From Eledone cirrhosa (Eukaryota), in NCBI GenBank assembly GCA_964016885.1, contig OZ024743.1, forward strand, positions 106,392,001 through 106,456,000: a DNA stretch of 64,000 nucleotides, read 5' to 3'. How positions within the stretch are numbered: position 1 is the first letter of the stretch; each line of letters begins with the position of its first letter. The notes under the pieces were generated by a model that saw nothing but the letters and a program-made list of their open reading frames with translations, was not told the origin of the DNA and searched no databases. Both the position numbers and the translations under genes were made by a program. Positions 29,874 through 43,072 of this stretch are shown piece by piece.

Positions 29874-30572
29874 CACTGATGAAAACCTCCCGTGATAACC
29901 GATTTAATATCTTTAACATTTTATCAATCTGAAGAGAAATTTGTAAATACGGCATCATTAAATGTCTATGTATATAAATAGGCACACACACTTTGGTTGG
30001 GGTCCGATCAGAAGTGGTGCAAGATCATGAGGACTATCCGCTGGAAGGGCAAGGGGTTGGTGTGATAGGTGAGCTGGAAATTGAATCGGTTTGTGAAGGC
30101 TCAATGCGTGGATTGAGGGTGATCAAGCGGTCGACGGAGAGGGCGCATGTGAAAGTGGCATAGACAAGTCACGTTTGTGGTAACATCTGTGTGTCATTTC
30201 TGTTTTTGTGGATATGTGTGTGAGTGTGTGTAATACAAAGAGGCTAGTCGTTTTGCCTAACCTTTAAACAAAACAGTCAGAAAATGCTGTTAAACCGACC
30301 ATTGATACGTACCATCGTCCGGTATTAGGAGGATAGACGTTATCAAGCTCTAGCTTTCATATTACATAGTCTCTGTATTTTAGAATCAATTATTATCTGT
30401 ATTCACTACAATTGCATTACATGCCAGGGTGTGCTCCACACATTCCCTGCCTTCCTGAAATATAAACTAAACAGACAGTAAACTAAAATCAAATCTAACG
30501 GCATAACGCCGTGCGCCAGATGGTGTGTTGCCTAAAAATCATGAAATCGACCAAACTATGAATAAAATATCA

Positions 30573-30760
30573 TTGTTTCTACATTTGGTATGAGGCCAGC
30601 AATTACCCCAGTTCATTACTGGTGCTTTATTTTATCGACCCCGTAAGGATGAAAGGCAAGTTAACCACTGCGAGATTTGAGCTCAGAACGTAAAGAACCA
30701 TACACATACGCTTTAAAATATGGTGTTTGACGGTCGACTGATACTGCCAATATACCGTCC
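30573..30760 (-). mobile_element. Diverged SINE copy
   Basis: ttttatcgaccccgtaaggatgaaaggcaa core. Confidence 0.8.
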
Positions 30761-31145
30761 ATAATTAGCGTATAATAAAGACATATATTATCAAAAATAT
30801 GATAATACACGCCTATTTTATGCAAATTAGACTCGACTTTGTATTAGTATGAATGGTCTCTTTTTGGGGTTGATTGGAAAATATCTTCATTTCTGATGAA
30901 CAATCCAAGGTGTAAAAAGTATAAAGAAAATCTCGTATGTTTGTGGTTACAAATTATATAGGATGGATTTTACATGATTAAATGTGTCACATCAATACGT
31001 AATCTGTATATGAATAGATTAGGTATATTATATATATGTTTCTGTGCGTGAGTGTGTGTGTGTAGGGTTGTGCATGTGATTACGTTGTATTTCTTTTCTC
31101 TTTCTCTCTCTCTGCATCTGTATATATATATATATATATATATAT

Positions 31146-31325
31146 AACGAAGGACATGTGGTAAGGAACCAGGTGGACCATAACGCACCAAAGTACTCAA
31201 TACTTAGGGTAGTAGAGTGGGTAATAGGAACGAGTAGGACCCCGACGGCTGAGCTCAAGCCGTTTTAGTCCAGAATTAGCAGTCTAAACGGCTTGAGCTC
31301 AGCCGTCGGGGTCCTACTCGTTCCT

Positions 31326-31326
<1 letters not shown>
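31146..31326. mobile_element. Fold-back element, 'GGAAC' family (reverse orientation)
   Basis: Homologous to 12210-12400. Confidence 0.8.
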
Positions 31327-31360
<34 letters not shown>

Positions 31361-31361
<1 letters not shown>

Positions 31362-32147
31362 GTGAAAAGTTATATTTAAAATTGTTGGGTTACAACTAGT
31401 AAATATTTATAACTGATATAAAAGCACTCGACAAATATTTGGAGTATATTTACAATATTAAATAAATGGAAACTATATTTATAAAACCATATTTATTTCA
31501 TTATATATATTTCAGGGATATCATATTAACAATATGCTATGCCTTCCTCAGACAAAATACAATATAAACAGTTTTATAGATAAATAGATTCGACATACCG
31601 TAATAACATCGACTTGCATTTGAAGAGGTTGATATGGCAGTGAAAAAATTGTACACAGAGAGAAAGAAAGAGAGAAAAAAGAAAGAAAGACAGAAAACGG
31701 AGAAAAGGAAGAAAAAGAAGAAATGCATGGAACAAAATAGAGAGATGGAAAGATAGATAAAGAGAAGAACTTCATGTAAAGAAACAGAAAGAGTTTATAT
31801 ATATATCTCTTTCTGTTTCTTTACATGAAGTTCTTCTCTTTATCTATCTTTCCATCTCTCTATTTTGTTCCATGCATTTCTTCTTTTTCTTCCTTTTCTC
31901 CGTTTTCTGTCTTTCTTTCTTTTTTCTCTCTTTCTTTCTCTCTGTGTACAATTTTTTCACTGCCATATCAACCTCTTCAAATGCAAGTCGATGTTATTAC
32001 GGTATGTCGAATCTATTTATCTATAAAACTGTTTATATTGTATTTTGTCTGAGGAAGGCATAGCATATTGTTAATATGATATCCCTGAAATATATATAAT
32101 GAAATAAATATGGTTTTATAAATATAGTTTCCATTTATTTAATATTG

Positions 32148-32148
<1 letters not shown>
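31361..32148. mobile_element. ~700 bp perfect fold-back PLE terminus
   Basis: Arms 31451-31793 and 31807-32148 (mirror ORFs in the track). ~90 nt left extension. Short TA run at the centre. Confidence 0.9.
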
Positions 32149-32178
<30 letters not shown>

Positions 32179-32531
32179 GTTTGTGGGTGTGCGTTTGTGT
32201 GTGCGTGAGTGTATGTGCGTGTGTTTGTGTGTATATATCTACGGGGAGAAATGTAGAGTCGTTAAAATGTCGGATAGAGTTCTTTGCAGTAGAGGTTCCG
32301 GCTGTTTGAATTCAAACCTCACCGAGGTCAACTTTGCTATTTATGTTTCTAGGTCAATATATCTGCTACCAGGGTTGTAGAGGTATGGATTCTTTCCGGT
32401 ATATCCTTGTCTTTACCTCTGTAACATTCTTTCTCACCCTCTATCTCCTCAGGAAGAAATCGTCTGCGTTCACATCTGGTGAGATGGACACCGTAATGTG
32501 TAATTACCCAAGACATGCCGTATGAAACTTT

Positions 32532-32976
32532 GTCAGATGTTGTGGATACATACATACGTATAGTGGCTGCCAACTCGTTTTCGAGTACGGCCATATATTT
32601 ATATCCATGTAGGAGAACCCTACCGAAGCGCTGAATGAGTGTGACTTCTTAGTCCAGCCAGCGACTTGAAAACTCTGGTACAAACACTACACCTGCGACA
32701 ATTATTATCACATGGCACCATTGCCCAATTTTGGCCTATGGCACCATGTGACGACAAGTGCAGAGAGATCTCGAGATATAAAGCAATGCCTGTGGCGTGA
32801 AGCTTTTATATTGAGCAAAGGCAGTGCACAAAGCCAGTCCCACTCTCTTAACCATACGTATATATACATACATACATACATACATACATACATACATACA
32901 TACATACATACATACATACATACGTATATATACAAACATATATACGTCGGATGTTATGGATACATACATACGTATA
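32532..32976 (+). mobile_element. Retroposed 3' fragment with (CATA)n tail and ~30 bp flanking duplication
   Basis: gtc(a/g)gatgtt(g/a)tggatacatacatacgtata at ~32532 and ~32946. GC-richer insert ending in (CATA)n. Confidence 0.5.
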
Positions 32977-33214
32977 TATATATATATTAATAAAAGCAGT
33001 AACACATATGCATATATATTTATAGCTACGAGTGTAATTACATTGTAGAATTAACGACATTGTCGCTAATACCATTTCCAAATTTTCTATAATATATATT
33101 TTTATATCCATTTCCTTCTCTCGTTTATATTTCCGCCATTCTTCCCATTTTACTATACTTTTACTAGTACACACACACACACAAACGCGCTCACACACAC
33201 ACACACACGCATAC

Positions 33215-33307
<93 letters not shown>

Positions 33308-34176
33308 AACATATAGTTATTTTTGTACGCCAACCATTAACAGTTGAATATAAAATATAAAGTCTTCTGAATTTCCTGCTTTCTCTCTTTCTATCTGTTT
33401 TTTTTTCATTTCCTTTGTATATCTTTTTTGAATTTATTTTTTTAATCTGTCTCTATTACTTTCTTCCCTTATGTTTTACTATTTCTTTTTTCGCCCTTGC
33501 TCTTTTATTCACCATTTTCTTATTTAACATTATATTGTATTTTTTTAATTGTATTCTTCTTGAATTTTCGTTTACCTTTTTTCTATTCTCGTCGTCTTAA
33601 GCCAACGATTAGATGATCAGTTTTATTGCTTTCCTAAATTCCGTACGTGTTTAGTATTCTATATGACCGTTAATCGACTCTCTAGCGTTCTTTGTAATCC
33701 TGACCTCTCTCTCAAATGGTGTACCTATCAGCATCGTCAGTGTCTGTATAAAAGAAATGATAGGTAATACTGTCATGCTTTGAGAAACCTGAAAGTTATT
33801 AGTTGCTGGTGTGTGTCTGTACTTTTCTTTCTAGTTTACTTATTTTCTGCATTTATATCCAACAGTCACCTCTCTCTATCTTTCATTTCTCGTTCCCTTC
33901 TCTTCCTCACTGTTTATATATATATATATATATATATAACTCTATCTATAAATTTGTGCATGTATATATAAATAAATATATGTATGTATTAATATGTGTA
34001 TATGTGTATGTATTAAAATGTGTGTGAATGTGAGTGAGTGTTTGTTCATGAGTATGCATATTACTTCATCTCTGTCTTAAAAAGATTCTGACGATGTTGA
34101 GTGAAATGTAAAGCCACACACAAAAAAAAAATATATATATATATGGATATACATATATATATATATAAGGATATAC

Positions 34177-34284
<108 letters not shown>

Positions 34285-34485
34285 GTGTGTATGTGTGTGT
34301 GTGTGTGTATAGACGCACGGAAACAGATAGGTATCTGGAAAGAAAAAAGTGTAATATAGTTGAAGAAAGTGACATATAACAATGCTGCAAAAAGGCGCAA
34401 GAATAAGCAATCTTATGAATGAGAATGACAAGAAAAATCTTATGGTGTTGAAACCTAATAAATAAATACATAAAGAGAAATTATA

Positions 34486-34539
<54 letters not shown>

Positions 34540-34568
34540 AGTTTAATTTCTCTTATATATATATATAT

Positions 34569-34644
<76 letters not shown>

Positions 34645-36509
34645 ACAGTGAGAGTGAGAGATAGAGAGCGATAGAGAGAGAGTGTGTGTGTGTGTGTGTG
34701 TTTAAAAAGAATACTAACGTAAAAGTAAAAACAGTAAGAAATCTCGTAAATAATGTTACCTAGAGTATTGAATTCATAGTAAATGGTCTTGCGAAAGAAA
34801 TGTTCTGCAACTGTGTACATTTTCTTTCACATCTCTCATTTTTTTTTATAACATTTATCTATCTCTAACATCATCATTCAGCTGCGCTTTGAAATCAGTA
34901 GGAAGTTAATATGATGGACTTCATTAGGCGGAAGTCGACGATGATCTAGGTTAACTTAACCTAGAAGCAGTGTATCTCACGGATTTATAAATGTCATGTT
35001 ACTCTTATGAGCTATCTCCATCCAACTAATATTCTGTGTCCGTTTTAATTTACATAATCAACTACTGCTATATGAATGTAACAACAAATTAGATACTTTT
35101 CATTAGGACATTAATTATGTCCTTTCTTTTTATTTGTGAGGCCGCCAATTTATTTTATTCAGTTCTTCTCTGCACTTCACGTTCAAATTCTTCCGAATTT
35201 CACTTTTACTTTCATCCTTTCGAGATCGGTAAGACACGTATCAGTCCGATACACTGGTCGATTGTTGCTATCTATTACTTTATTATATCATTTGAGGATG
35301 TCTCTTGCAATTTCCCAAGGAAAATTTGTGTCTGTTCACACATAGATGTGGGATGGGATCCACTAGAATTTTAAACAAAAGTACATGATAAGCTTTATGT
35401 CACTCTAGTGCTCCTGCAAATCCATATATTCCAATATTATATTTTACTTCAATGTGTGAGATGAAATTACAAATCGCTACGATATTCTATTTTTCCAGTG
35501 GGACATGAGGGATATTCAGTGGGATATTCAGACTTATTTGTACATTCCAATAAATGAAACGTAGCCAAAAATCTAACATGATGATATACATTGTATTACA
35601 GTAAATCTCGAACTTAAAGCTTTGGAATTTATTTGCCTGTATATTATCGACATTCCAGTTAAGTTTTACTCCAAACGACGCAACAAGCAGAAATGGCAAA
35701 TAAAGTATTTTCTCATAAAGTGTGTATACGTAGTAAAAATTATACGAATTGATATTCCGTTTTCTAAAGAGACCCGACAAATACGTTTTCTTAGTCACAT
35801 CAAACATCAAAATAACCAACAATAACCTGGAGCATCAAAGATTTTAAACTCTTGCTTCATCTATATTTCATCAGCATACAGTTACTTTTCCTAGATTTTC
35901 TTCGTTTGAATGTATTTCTAGTTCTCTTATAATAAGGCAAATACAAAAAATACAAATACAAACTTCGAGACAGAAAGAATAATAATAAAAAAAGACAAGT
36001 ATATACTATCCTTACCATCTTTTTCATAGTTGATATTATTTCCTTTTAACCACCCTAAACGAACATTAGTAAACGAGCATTTCCGCCAGTGCAATTGGCT
36101 TGGTTGCCTTTATTTCCATTTTTATTACGTTTCTGCTAAATTCCTGCGTAATTCTAAACTTTGATGACTCTTATTATTCCTTTGGAACTTTGCCTCTGCA
36201 CATTTCATCCTTCATCATGGCTCTCACTAAAACTACGTTCCGCTATCTCTTATAACTGTCGTGTGCTAATTTGGTTACCTTCTCAACATGTTTCACTAAT
36301 GTTTTGTTATGGCACTTTAGGGAAAGAGATTTTGCTAGTTTATGTACCCCTCCCGCTAAACATATTTTTTTTTAATTCCATTATTTATAATCAAACCTTT
36401 GTTTCAGTTTTATTTTGCTATGACTCCTTTTTTCTTTCTGTTTAATGTTTTCCTCTCTTCTATTTTGCTCCGTTTATGATGTGAGTATACATTTACATAC
36501 ACAATTATT

Positions 36510-36565
<56 letters not shown>

Positions 36566-37798
36566 CCAGTGCAAATTCCATATAGGTTAGTATGACACAT
36601 AACATGCCATTTGTCATTGCTACAGTCTTCTTCGACTTGGGTTCACAATTCACTGACGATGAACCTGAACTTCAACATTTCGTGCTATATAAGTAAATTA
36701 GAAGCCGATAGCGGAGAATTGGCTGAATTCAGTGTATGATAAACATTTGCGTTCTGATTTCTAATACTGCTTTATATTACAGTTCATTTCGACGCCCAAA
36801 ATATGTCGGTCATAAGATAGCTACTGGCAATATATCTATGACGTCAGCTGATGCAGTGTGCATATCGGATATAAATTTCGTTTGCATCAATATTCTAGAA
36901 TAATTTTAGAGTTCAATACAGACGAAATATACTTAAGTATATGCATGTGTGTGTTTGTGCGTATGTGTGTGTATGTGTTTGTATGTGTGAGTGTGTGTAT
37001 ATCTGAGCGTGCGTGAATGTGTGTGTGTATGTGTGTGTGTGTGTGTGTGTGCGTGAGTATGTTTATGTGTGTATGTGTATGTGTGTGTGTGAGTGAATAT
37101 TCGTGCGTGTGTGTGTGTTTTCAAACATAAATACAAACATGCATATCGACTGTCGACTCGTAATAGTATATGGATGTATTTTCCGCTGAAATGTTAAGCT
37201 TAACTGTATAGTTCCCAGATTAATTATTCCCCCACCACTATTTCATGTTACTTCATTGTAAATTGAAGTCGAAGTTGATATCAAATTGCCCATACATTAT
37301 TTATGTTACCTCAATCTCTCATGTACCTAAAATAACAAATTCTAATGTATAAAACCCAAGATACATAGAGCATAGTAGCTCAAAATGAGTGTAGCATTCA
37401 GGTGCTCTAGTTTGATTCGATTATATCAAATGCTTATATATTTATGGATAATCTTTGACGTGAAAAATCAATAAATATATTAATAAAAGTGGGTTTAGAC
37501 GGCTATAAAGAGAAGTACTTAATCTTGGGTATATCGCGGTATTTATTTACTATATTTCCCCTTCTCATTTCCGAGTCCTCGCGGTAAACATTGCATTTTT
37601 TCCAGTGTTTATAAGATATTTCACTATTAAAGAACTTCAGCTGCTTTTAATTATTACACTATCGTAAATACCTATGCATTATTAATATTAAGAGACATAT
37701 CAATTCTTTGAATTGCAGGTATAGCTGCATGTGTGAGATATATAGTTTACAGCTGTTTACAATTTTGTCTTTCATTTTCCCTCTGTTGGTTAAATAAT

Positions 37799-37990
37799 TG
37801 TTTCTACGTTAGGCACAAGGCCAGCAAATACCCAGTGCATTACTGGGCATTACTGGTACTTTATTTTATCGACCCCGTAAGGATGAAAGGCAAAGTAAAC
37901 CTCGGCGGGTTTTGAACTAAGACCGTAAAGGGACGTAACCATGCTGGAAAGCATAGCGTCCGACTCTCTACCGATACTGCCAATCCACCG
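37799..37990 (-). mobile_element. Same SINE family
   Basis: Reverse-complement homology. 20 bp TSD ccctctgttggttaaataat. Confidence 0.9.
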
Positions 37991-38922
37991 CCCTCTGTTG
38001 GTTAAATAATGGATCAACAGAATACTGTTCACAACGAAGTCTATTACATCAATTGATCAAACATCGTGTGTTATGAATATGATTAAAATTAATATATATT
38101 TTAAGACCCGAGGAATGTTGGATTTCATTTTCAGTCACTCGAAAGCGATAAAAAGTAAAAAATGTATGTCATGTAAATCAGACTCACATCTCCCAAAAGG
38201 ATATTTGGCTTTTGTCTCTATTAGAACTAATACTTAAAATACAATGGAAATTTAATACGTATTTTAGAATGTACGTTATAATTATATTCTATCAGGATAC
38301 ATATTAATATAATCTAATAGACTTTAATAAATGTATTTGCAATAATCATTAGGAGTGCAACAGATTAAAGCTATCACTAATTGGAAATCTTTCGGAAGAA
38401 ATCCTGTAGGTCGAGAATTAATGATGCAGGTACTTTCAAGAGCACTAGAAAACCATCTGTGTGAATTGCAACATGTCCTCTTGAGATGCTCATTTAGAAT
38501 TATCAGTGCATATTGTATATATTTATGTTAAAGTACACCATTTTATACTCGCACACACAGAGTCAAATTTGCATTTATGCATATATAAGTTTTCGTATAT
38601 CGACAAATATTTTCCTACGTATCAAATATCAATTTACAAATACTTCAACTAACTGTCCTTTTGAACAACTTATGAATAAGCTTGCACATACATACATTCA
38701 TGCATGCATGTATGTATGCATTTATGTATGTATGTATGTATGTATGCATGTATGTATGTATGCATACATACATACATGGATACATACATATATACTATCA
38801 TATCTGTAGGCGTTCAAACGTACATGCAAACATTCATAAACGCCCATATAGACACATGTATAAGCGTACAAATCAAGTATTCAAGTATATTGGAAAACAA
38901 ATACAAAAGGTAAGTATATATA

Positions 38923-39299
<377 letters not shown>

Positions 39300-39566
39300 T
39301 TCTCAATACGGCAGTCTGAATGCACACGCGTCTTTCATCCTAAAAATGTTTCACCTTTCCCCTTCTTTCTCTCACCACTCTTTAATTCTATTTCTAATTA
39401 TATATTCTGATGAAAGAATAGTGTCCAAAACGTTTAGACTCTCATACTGTTATTTCAAGCATTACATTCATATAATACATCCACGCATTCTGGTGTTTTT
39501 GATTTTTTTTGTTGTTATTTTTGTTATTACATTTATATACATACATACACAAACACACACACAGAG

Positions 39567-39605
<39 letters not shown>

Positions 39606-40080
39606 TAAACGGAATAGAAAATGCTGACAAATTGTTCACAGTTGAAAAATGGTTTAATTAGGAATAAAAGAGTATTAGTGATTGTATGGGTTAGTATTCA
39701 GTTGTGGTTTTAAGTTTTTAAGTTTTTACCGGTTGCGCATTTCTAAATGCTTTTCAAAAATAATTTTGAGATAGAGTGTCCGTGCTGTTTGCTCTGATCT
39801 GATTAGTTTTGGGAATTCTACCTGTTCTTATGTTAAAAAAATGGCTCCAGCGTTATTTTTGTGTTGTAAAAATGCTTGTAGTCAAAACAATTTTGATTGG
39901 TCGGTAGAGGTCATGTGAATGTAAAAAGTTGATTTTGCGCCAAGACTGTTTTATGTTAAAATGTTAGAAAAGTGGCTCCAGCAAAAATTATGGTCAAAAC
40001 AATTTTGATTGGTCGGTAGAGGTCATGTGGATAAAAAATTGGTTTTGCGCCAAGATTGAGAAATGACTCTTTCACAACAA

Positions 40081-40124
<44 letters not shown>

Positions 40125-40193
40125 TAGTAGTAGTAAGGTGTTCGATGCTGCGACAATAGCCACCAGCGATGTGTGTCAAATGGCTATTAAGAT

Positions 40194-40231
<38 letters not shown>

Positions 40232-40364
40232 ACATACACACAGCAGAGTCATTCGAAGGTCAAAAGATATTTTTCAGCTTTTGTCTTATACGGAGAAGTG
40301 CGTGTGTGTGTGTGTGTGTGTGTATAAGTCTCTTTGTATGTTGATGTACGCGTGTGTATGTGTT

Positions 40365-40396
<32 letters not shown>

Positions 40397-40528
40397 CGTG
40401 TGTGGGTGGACCAGTATTTTTTTCCCCCCTGGTAAAATGGTGTACATTATTCGATTTTTTAAGTAAAATCGGTTCTCTTAATAGAACATCAACAATCTTA
40501 ACAATAAAAGGTGTGAAATGATATTCAC

Positions 40529-40573
<45 letters not shown>

Positions 40574-40753
40574 TTTCACTACATATATATATATATATAT
40601 ATATACATATATACATACATATATAGGCACATATATTTTTTTGTATTGCACCATAGAGCATGTGTGTTTACGTGTGTCATTGTGTTTATATGTGGGTAGA
40701 GATGTGTGCTGATGTAGGTATGTATGTTGACGTGTGTATGTTGTGTGTTCGTC

Positions 40754-43072
40754 TTAGGGAGAAGTGTTTAGACGGGGTCCGTATTTGTTAATGAAGTAAG
40801 ATTCCTTGCTGATGCGCTGGGTGTGGGTGGCATTATCTTTAAATTTGTAGAGGGGAAAGATTCTGAAGTTGGGATGATTTTGGGCGGCGCAGGTATCAAT
40901 GTGTTCACTCAGTGGTATTTTCCTGTATTCCCGTATTTTAATTTGGGATCTATGGACAGTCATGCGTTGGCGGAGGCTGTTTTTGGTCTGGCCTATGTAT
41001 TGTTCTCGACAACCTGAACAAGTTAATACATATATTAAATTTTCCGATGCACATGTGAAATTGTGTTTTACTATAAAACGTTGTCCATCTTTGAAATAGA
41101 ATTCCGAACCCTCTATTAGGTTGATGCAAATGCCACAGTTGGGTCTATCGCATTTTTTTACTGTGGGTTTCGTTGTTGTGGTTGGCAGTACTTTGGCATG
41201 TGTTAAGATGTTTTTCATTGACTTGGATTGTCTTTTGCTCTTTATGATATCGTGTGTTCGTAGAATTTGGTTCATTCTATGGTCCTTTTTCAATACAGGG
41301 ATGTTCTGGAGGATGGTGTCAAAGGCCTCGTTGTTGAGGGGGTTGTGTGTGGAGATGTATGGAAGAGCTTTTAGTTTTGGTTGATTTACTTTAGGGTGTC
41401 TAAGGTCCTGGGTACTGAGTTTTAGGGCACGTTGGATTCCATTGTCAATTAGTGATGCAGGGTAGTCCCTGCCTATGAGTGTGTCCTTTAGTTCTTGTAG
41501 CCGTAAGTAGCAGATGTTTTTATTGGAGACTATAGTACAGATTCTCTTGGCTAAGTTGTAGGGAATATTAATTTTAACGTGTCTAGGGTGGCAAGAGTTG
41601 AAAGGGAGGTATTGCTTGGAGTCTGTGGGCTTGTAGTATATGTCTGTTTCTATTTTTTTGTTATGGATCTTAATGAGGATGTCGAGGAAGGGGAGTTGTT
41701 GATGGCTGTATTCCATCGTGAAGTTAATATTTGTGTTGAGCCCATTTATAAGGGTGTGAAATTCTTTAAGTTTTTCGATGTTTTCGTGCCAAAGGATGAA
41801 GCAGTTATCAAGATATCGCTTCCAGTTCCTTTCAATGTGTAAGTGGAGGGTGTTTCCAAATTTGTTTAGGACTTTAGTGTAGAGGGTGATTTCCAGGTAT
41901 CCCATGACTAGGTTGGCATACGTAGGGGCTGTTTTCGTTCCCATAGCGGTCCCAGATTTCTGCCTGTAGGGTTTGTTATTGAAAACGAAGTAATTGTTCT
42001 CCAAGATAAATGTGAGTCCCTCTATCACGAATTCTTTTTTGATGCGTTGTGGGAGTTCATTGTGGAAGTTATCCAGCCAGAATTGGATAGCTTCTATTCC
42101 TAGGTTGTGGGGGATGTTGGAATATAGGTTGACTACATCGAACGTCACTAGTAGGGTTTGTTCAGAAAGTGGCATATTAGGGAGGTGATTGAGCATATCT
42201 AGGTCGTCCCTTATATAGCTTTTGATGTGCTTGAGGAAGGGTTTGAGAAGGGTATCAATGAAGTTGCTAAGACGGTGCGTTTCGCAAGCGGGGCCTGCTA
42301 TTATAGGTCTTAATTTGAGATCATTGGGTGAGGGGACATTGATGACTATGTCTGTGGCTTCCTTGCATGCCTTACTGATTGATTCGCTTTTATGTACTTT
42401 AGGGATACCGTAGAAAAGGCTGGATTTACTTGTGAAGTCTGTGATGAAGCTGAATTCCTTGTTAGTGAGTCCTTCTTTGTATTGGTTGATTAGAGTTTTT
42501 AGGTTTCTCATAATTTTCTGTTGATTGTAGTGTTCAGCCTTTTCGTAGTATGTTTCGTTTTCCAAAGTGGAGAGCGCTAAGTTGATATAGAATTCTGTCT
42601 CCATTAGGACTACTGTACTCCCTTTATCAGCCTCTTTAATTGTAATGGTTCTGTCGGTTTTTAATCTATTTAATTCTTCCCATTCTTTCTTGTTGAGGTT
42701 TGGCTTGTGTTTTTGTCTGTGCAAGTGTTGGTAAGGGAAGTTTGTGATGTGTTCACAGAATTCGTCCAGGATTTTATTTCTACCTTTTGAAGGGGTGTAA
42801 TTGCTTCTATTTCTGGCTAATGATTCATCCTCATTGTACTGGTCGAATAGTTGTTCACTAAGTCGTAACTTTCTACAGAAGTCTGTGATGTCTTCCTTCA
42901 TTTCATAGTAGTTAGGACGTAGTGGGGTCGGTGTGAATTTAAGACCTTTGGAGAGTAAGTTGATAAGGTTGGGTGTTGGTTCTGCGCTAGTAAGATTGAT
43001 AATTTTTATTACTATCGGTTTCTCCTCCCTGTCTTGTGTTATTTTGTTTGCCTGTATCTGTGTGCTGTGTCT
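40754..43072 (-). CDS. PLE ORF2: reverse transcriptase + Cys-rich linker + GIY-YIG endonuclease
   Basis: Motifs ADKG, YGIPKVHK, LRPIIAG, FDVVNLYSNI, GTAMGT, RYLDN (YxDD position), LPFLD, CDRPNCGIC, LIYVLTCSGC..YIGQT. The frame stays open 57 codons upstream of the first ATG (42901) and encodes the PLE N-terminal motif INLT...LLSKGLKFTPTP. Confidence 0.95.
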   Translation of the reverse strand, partial: RHSTQIQANKITQDREEKPIVIKIINLTSAEPTPNLINLLSKGLKFTPTPLRPNYYEMKEDITDFCRKLRLSEQLFDQYNEDESLARNRSNYTPSKGRNKILDEFCEHITNFPYQHLHRQKHKPNLNKKEWEELNRLKTDRTITIKEADKGSTVVLMETEFYINLALSTLENETYYEKAEHYNQQKIMRNLKTLINQYKEGLTNKEFSFITDFTSKSSLFYGIPKVHKSESISKACKEATDIVINVPSPNDLKLRPIIAGPACETHRLSNFIDTLLKPFLKHIKSYIRDDLDMLNHLPNMPLSEQTLLVTFDVVNLYSNIPHNLGIEAIQFWLDNFHNELPQRIKKEFVIEGLTFILENNYFVFNNKPYRQKSGTAMGTKTAPTYANLVMGYLEITLYTKVLNKFGNTLHLHIERNWKRYLDNCFILWHENIEKLKEFHTLINGLNTNINFTMEYSHQQLPFLDILIKIHNKKIETDIYYKPTDSKQYLPFNSCHPRHVKINIPYNLAKRICTIVSNKNICYLRLQELKDTLIGRDYPASLIDNGIQRALKLSTQDLRHPKVNQPKLKALPYISTHNPLNNEAFDTILQNIPVLKKDHRMNQILRTHDIIKSKRQSKSMKNILTHAKVLPTTTTKPTVKKCDRPNCGICINLIEGSEFYFKDGQRFIVKHNFTCASENLIYVLTCSGCREQYIGQTKNSLRQRMTVHRSQIKIREYRKIPLSEHIDTCAAQNHPNFRIFPLYKFKDNATHTQRISKESYFINKYGPRLNTSP

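Noticed and set aside
31537-32063. Identical ORF pairs on opposite strands
   Set aside because: A consequence of the DNA palindrome. The sequence is low-complexity UTR.
39400-39445. Further CTGATGA motifs (also ~570-594 minus, ~3145-3165 minus, ~26637, ~29876)
   Set aside because: GAAA or the stems are missing or decayed. They are probably old PLE termini but too degraded to call as ribozymes.
42990-43070. Stimulatory hairpin or pseudoknot 3' of the slippery site
   Set aside because: The sequence is A/C-rich with no convincing pairing by eye, so no structure is claimed.
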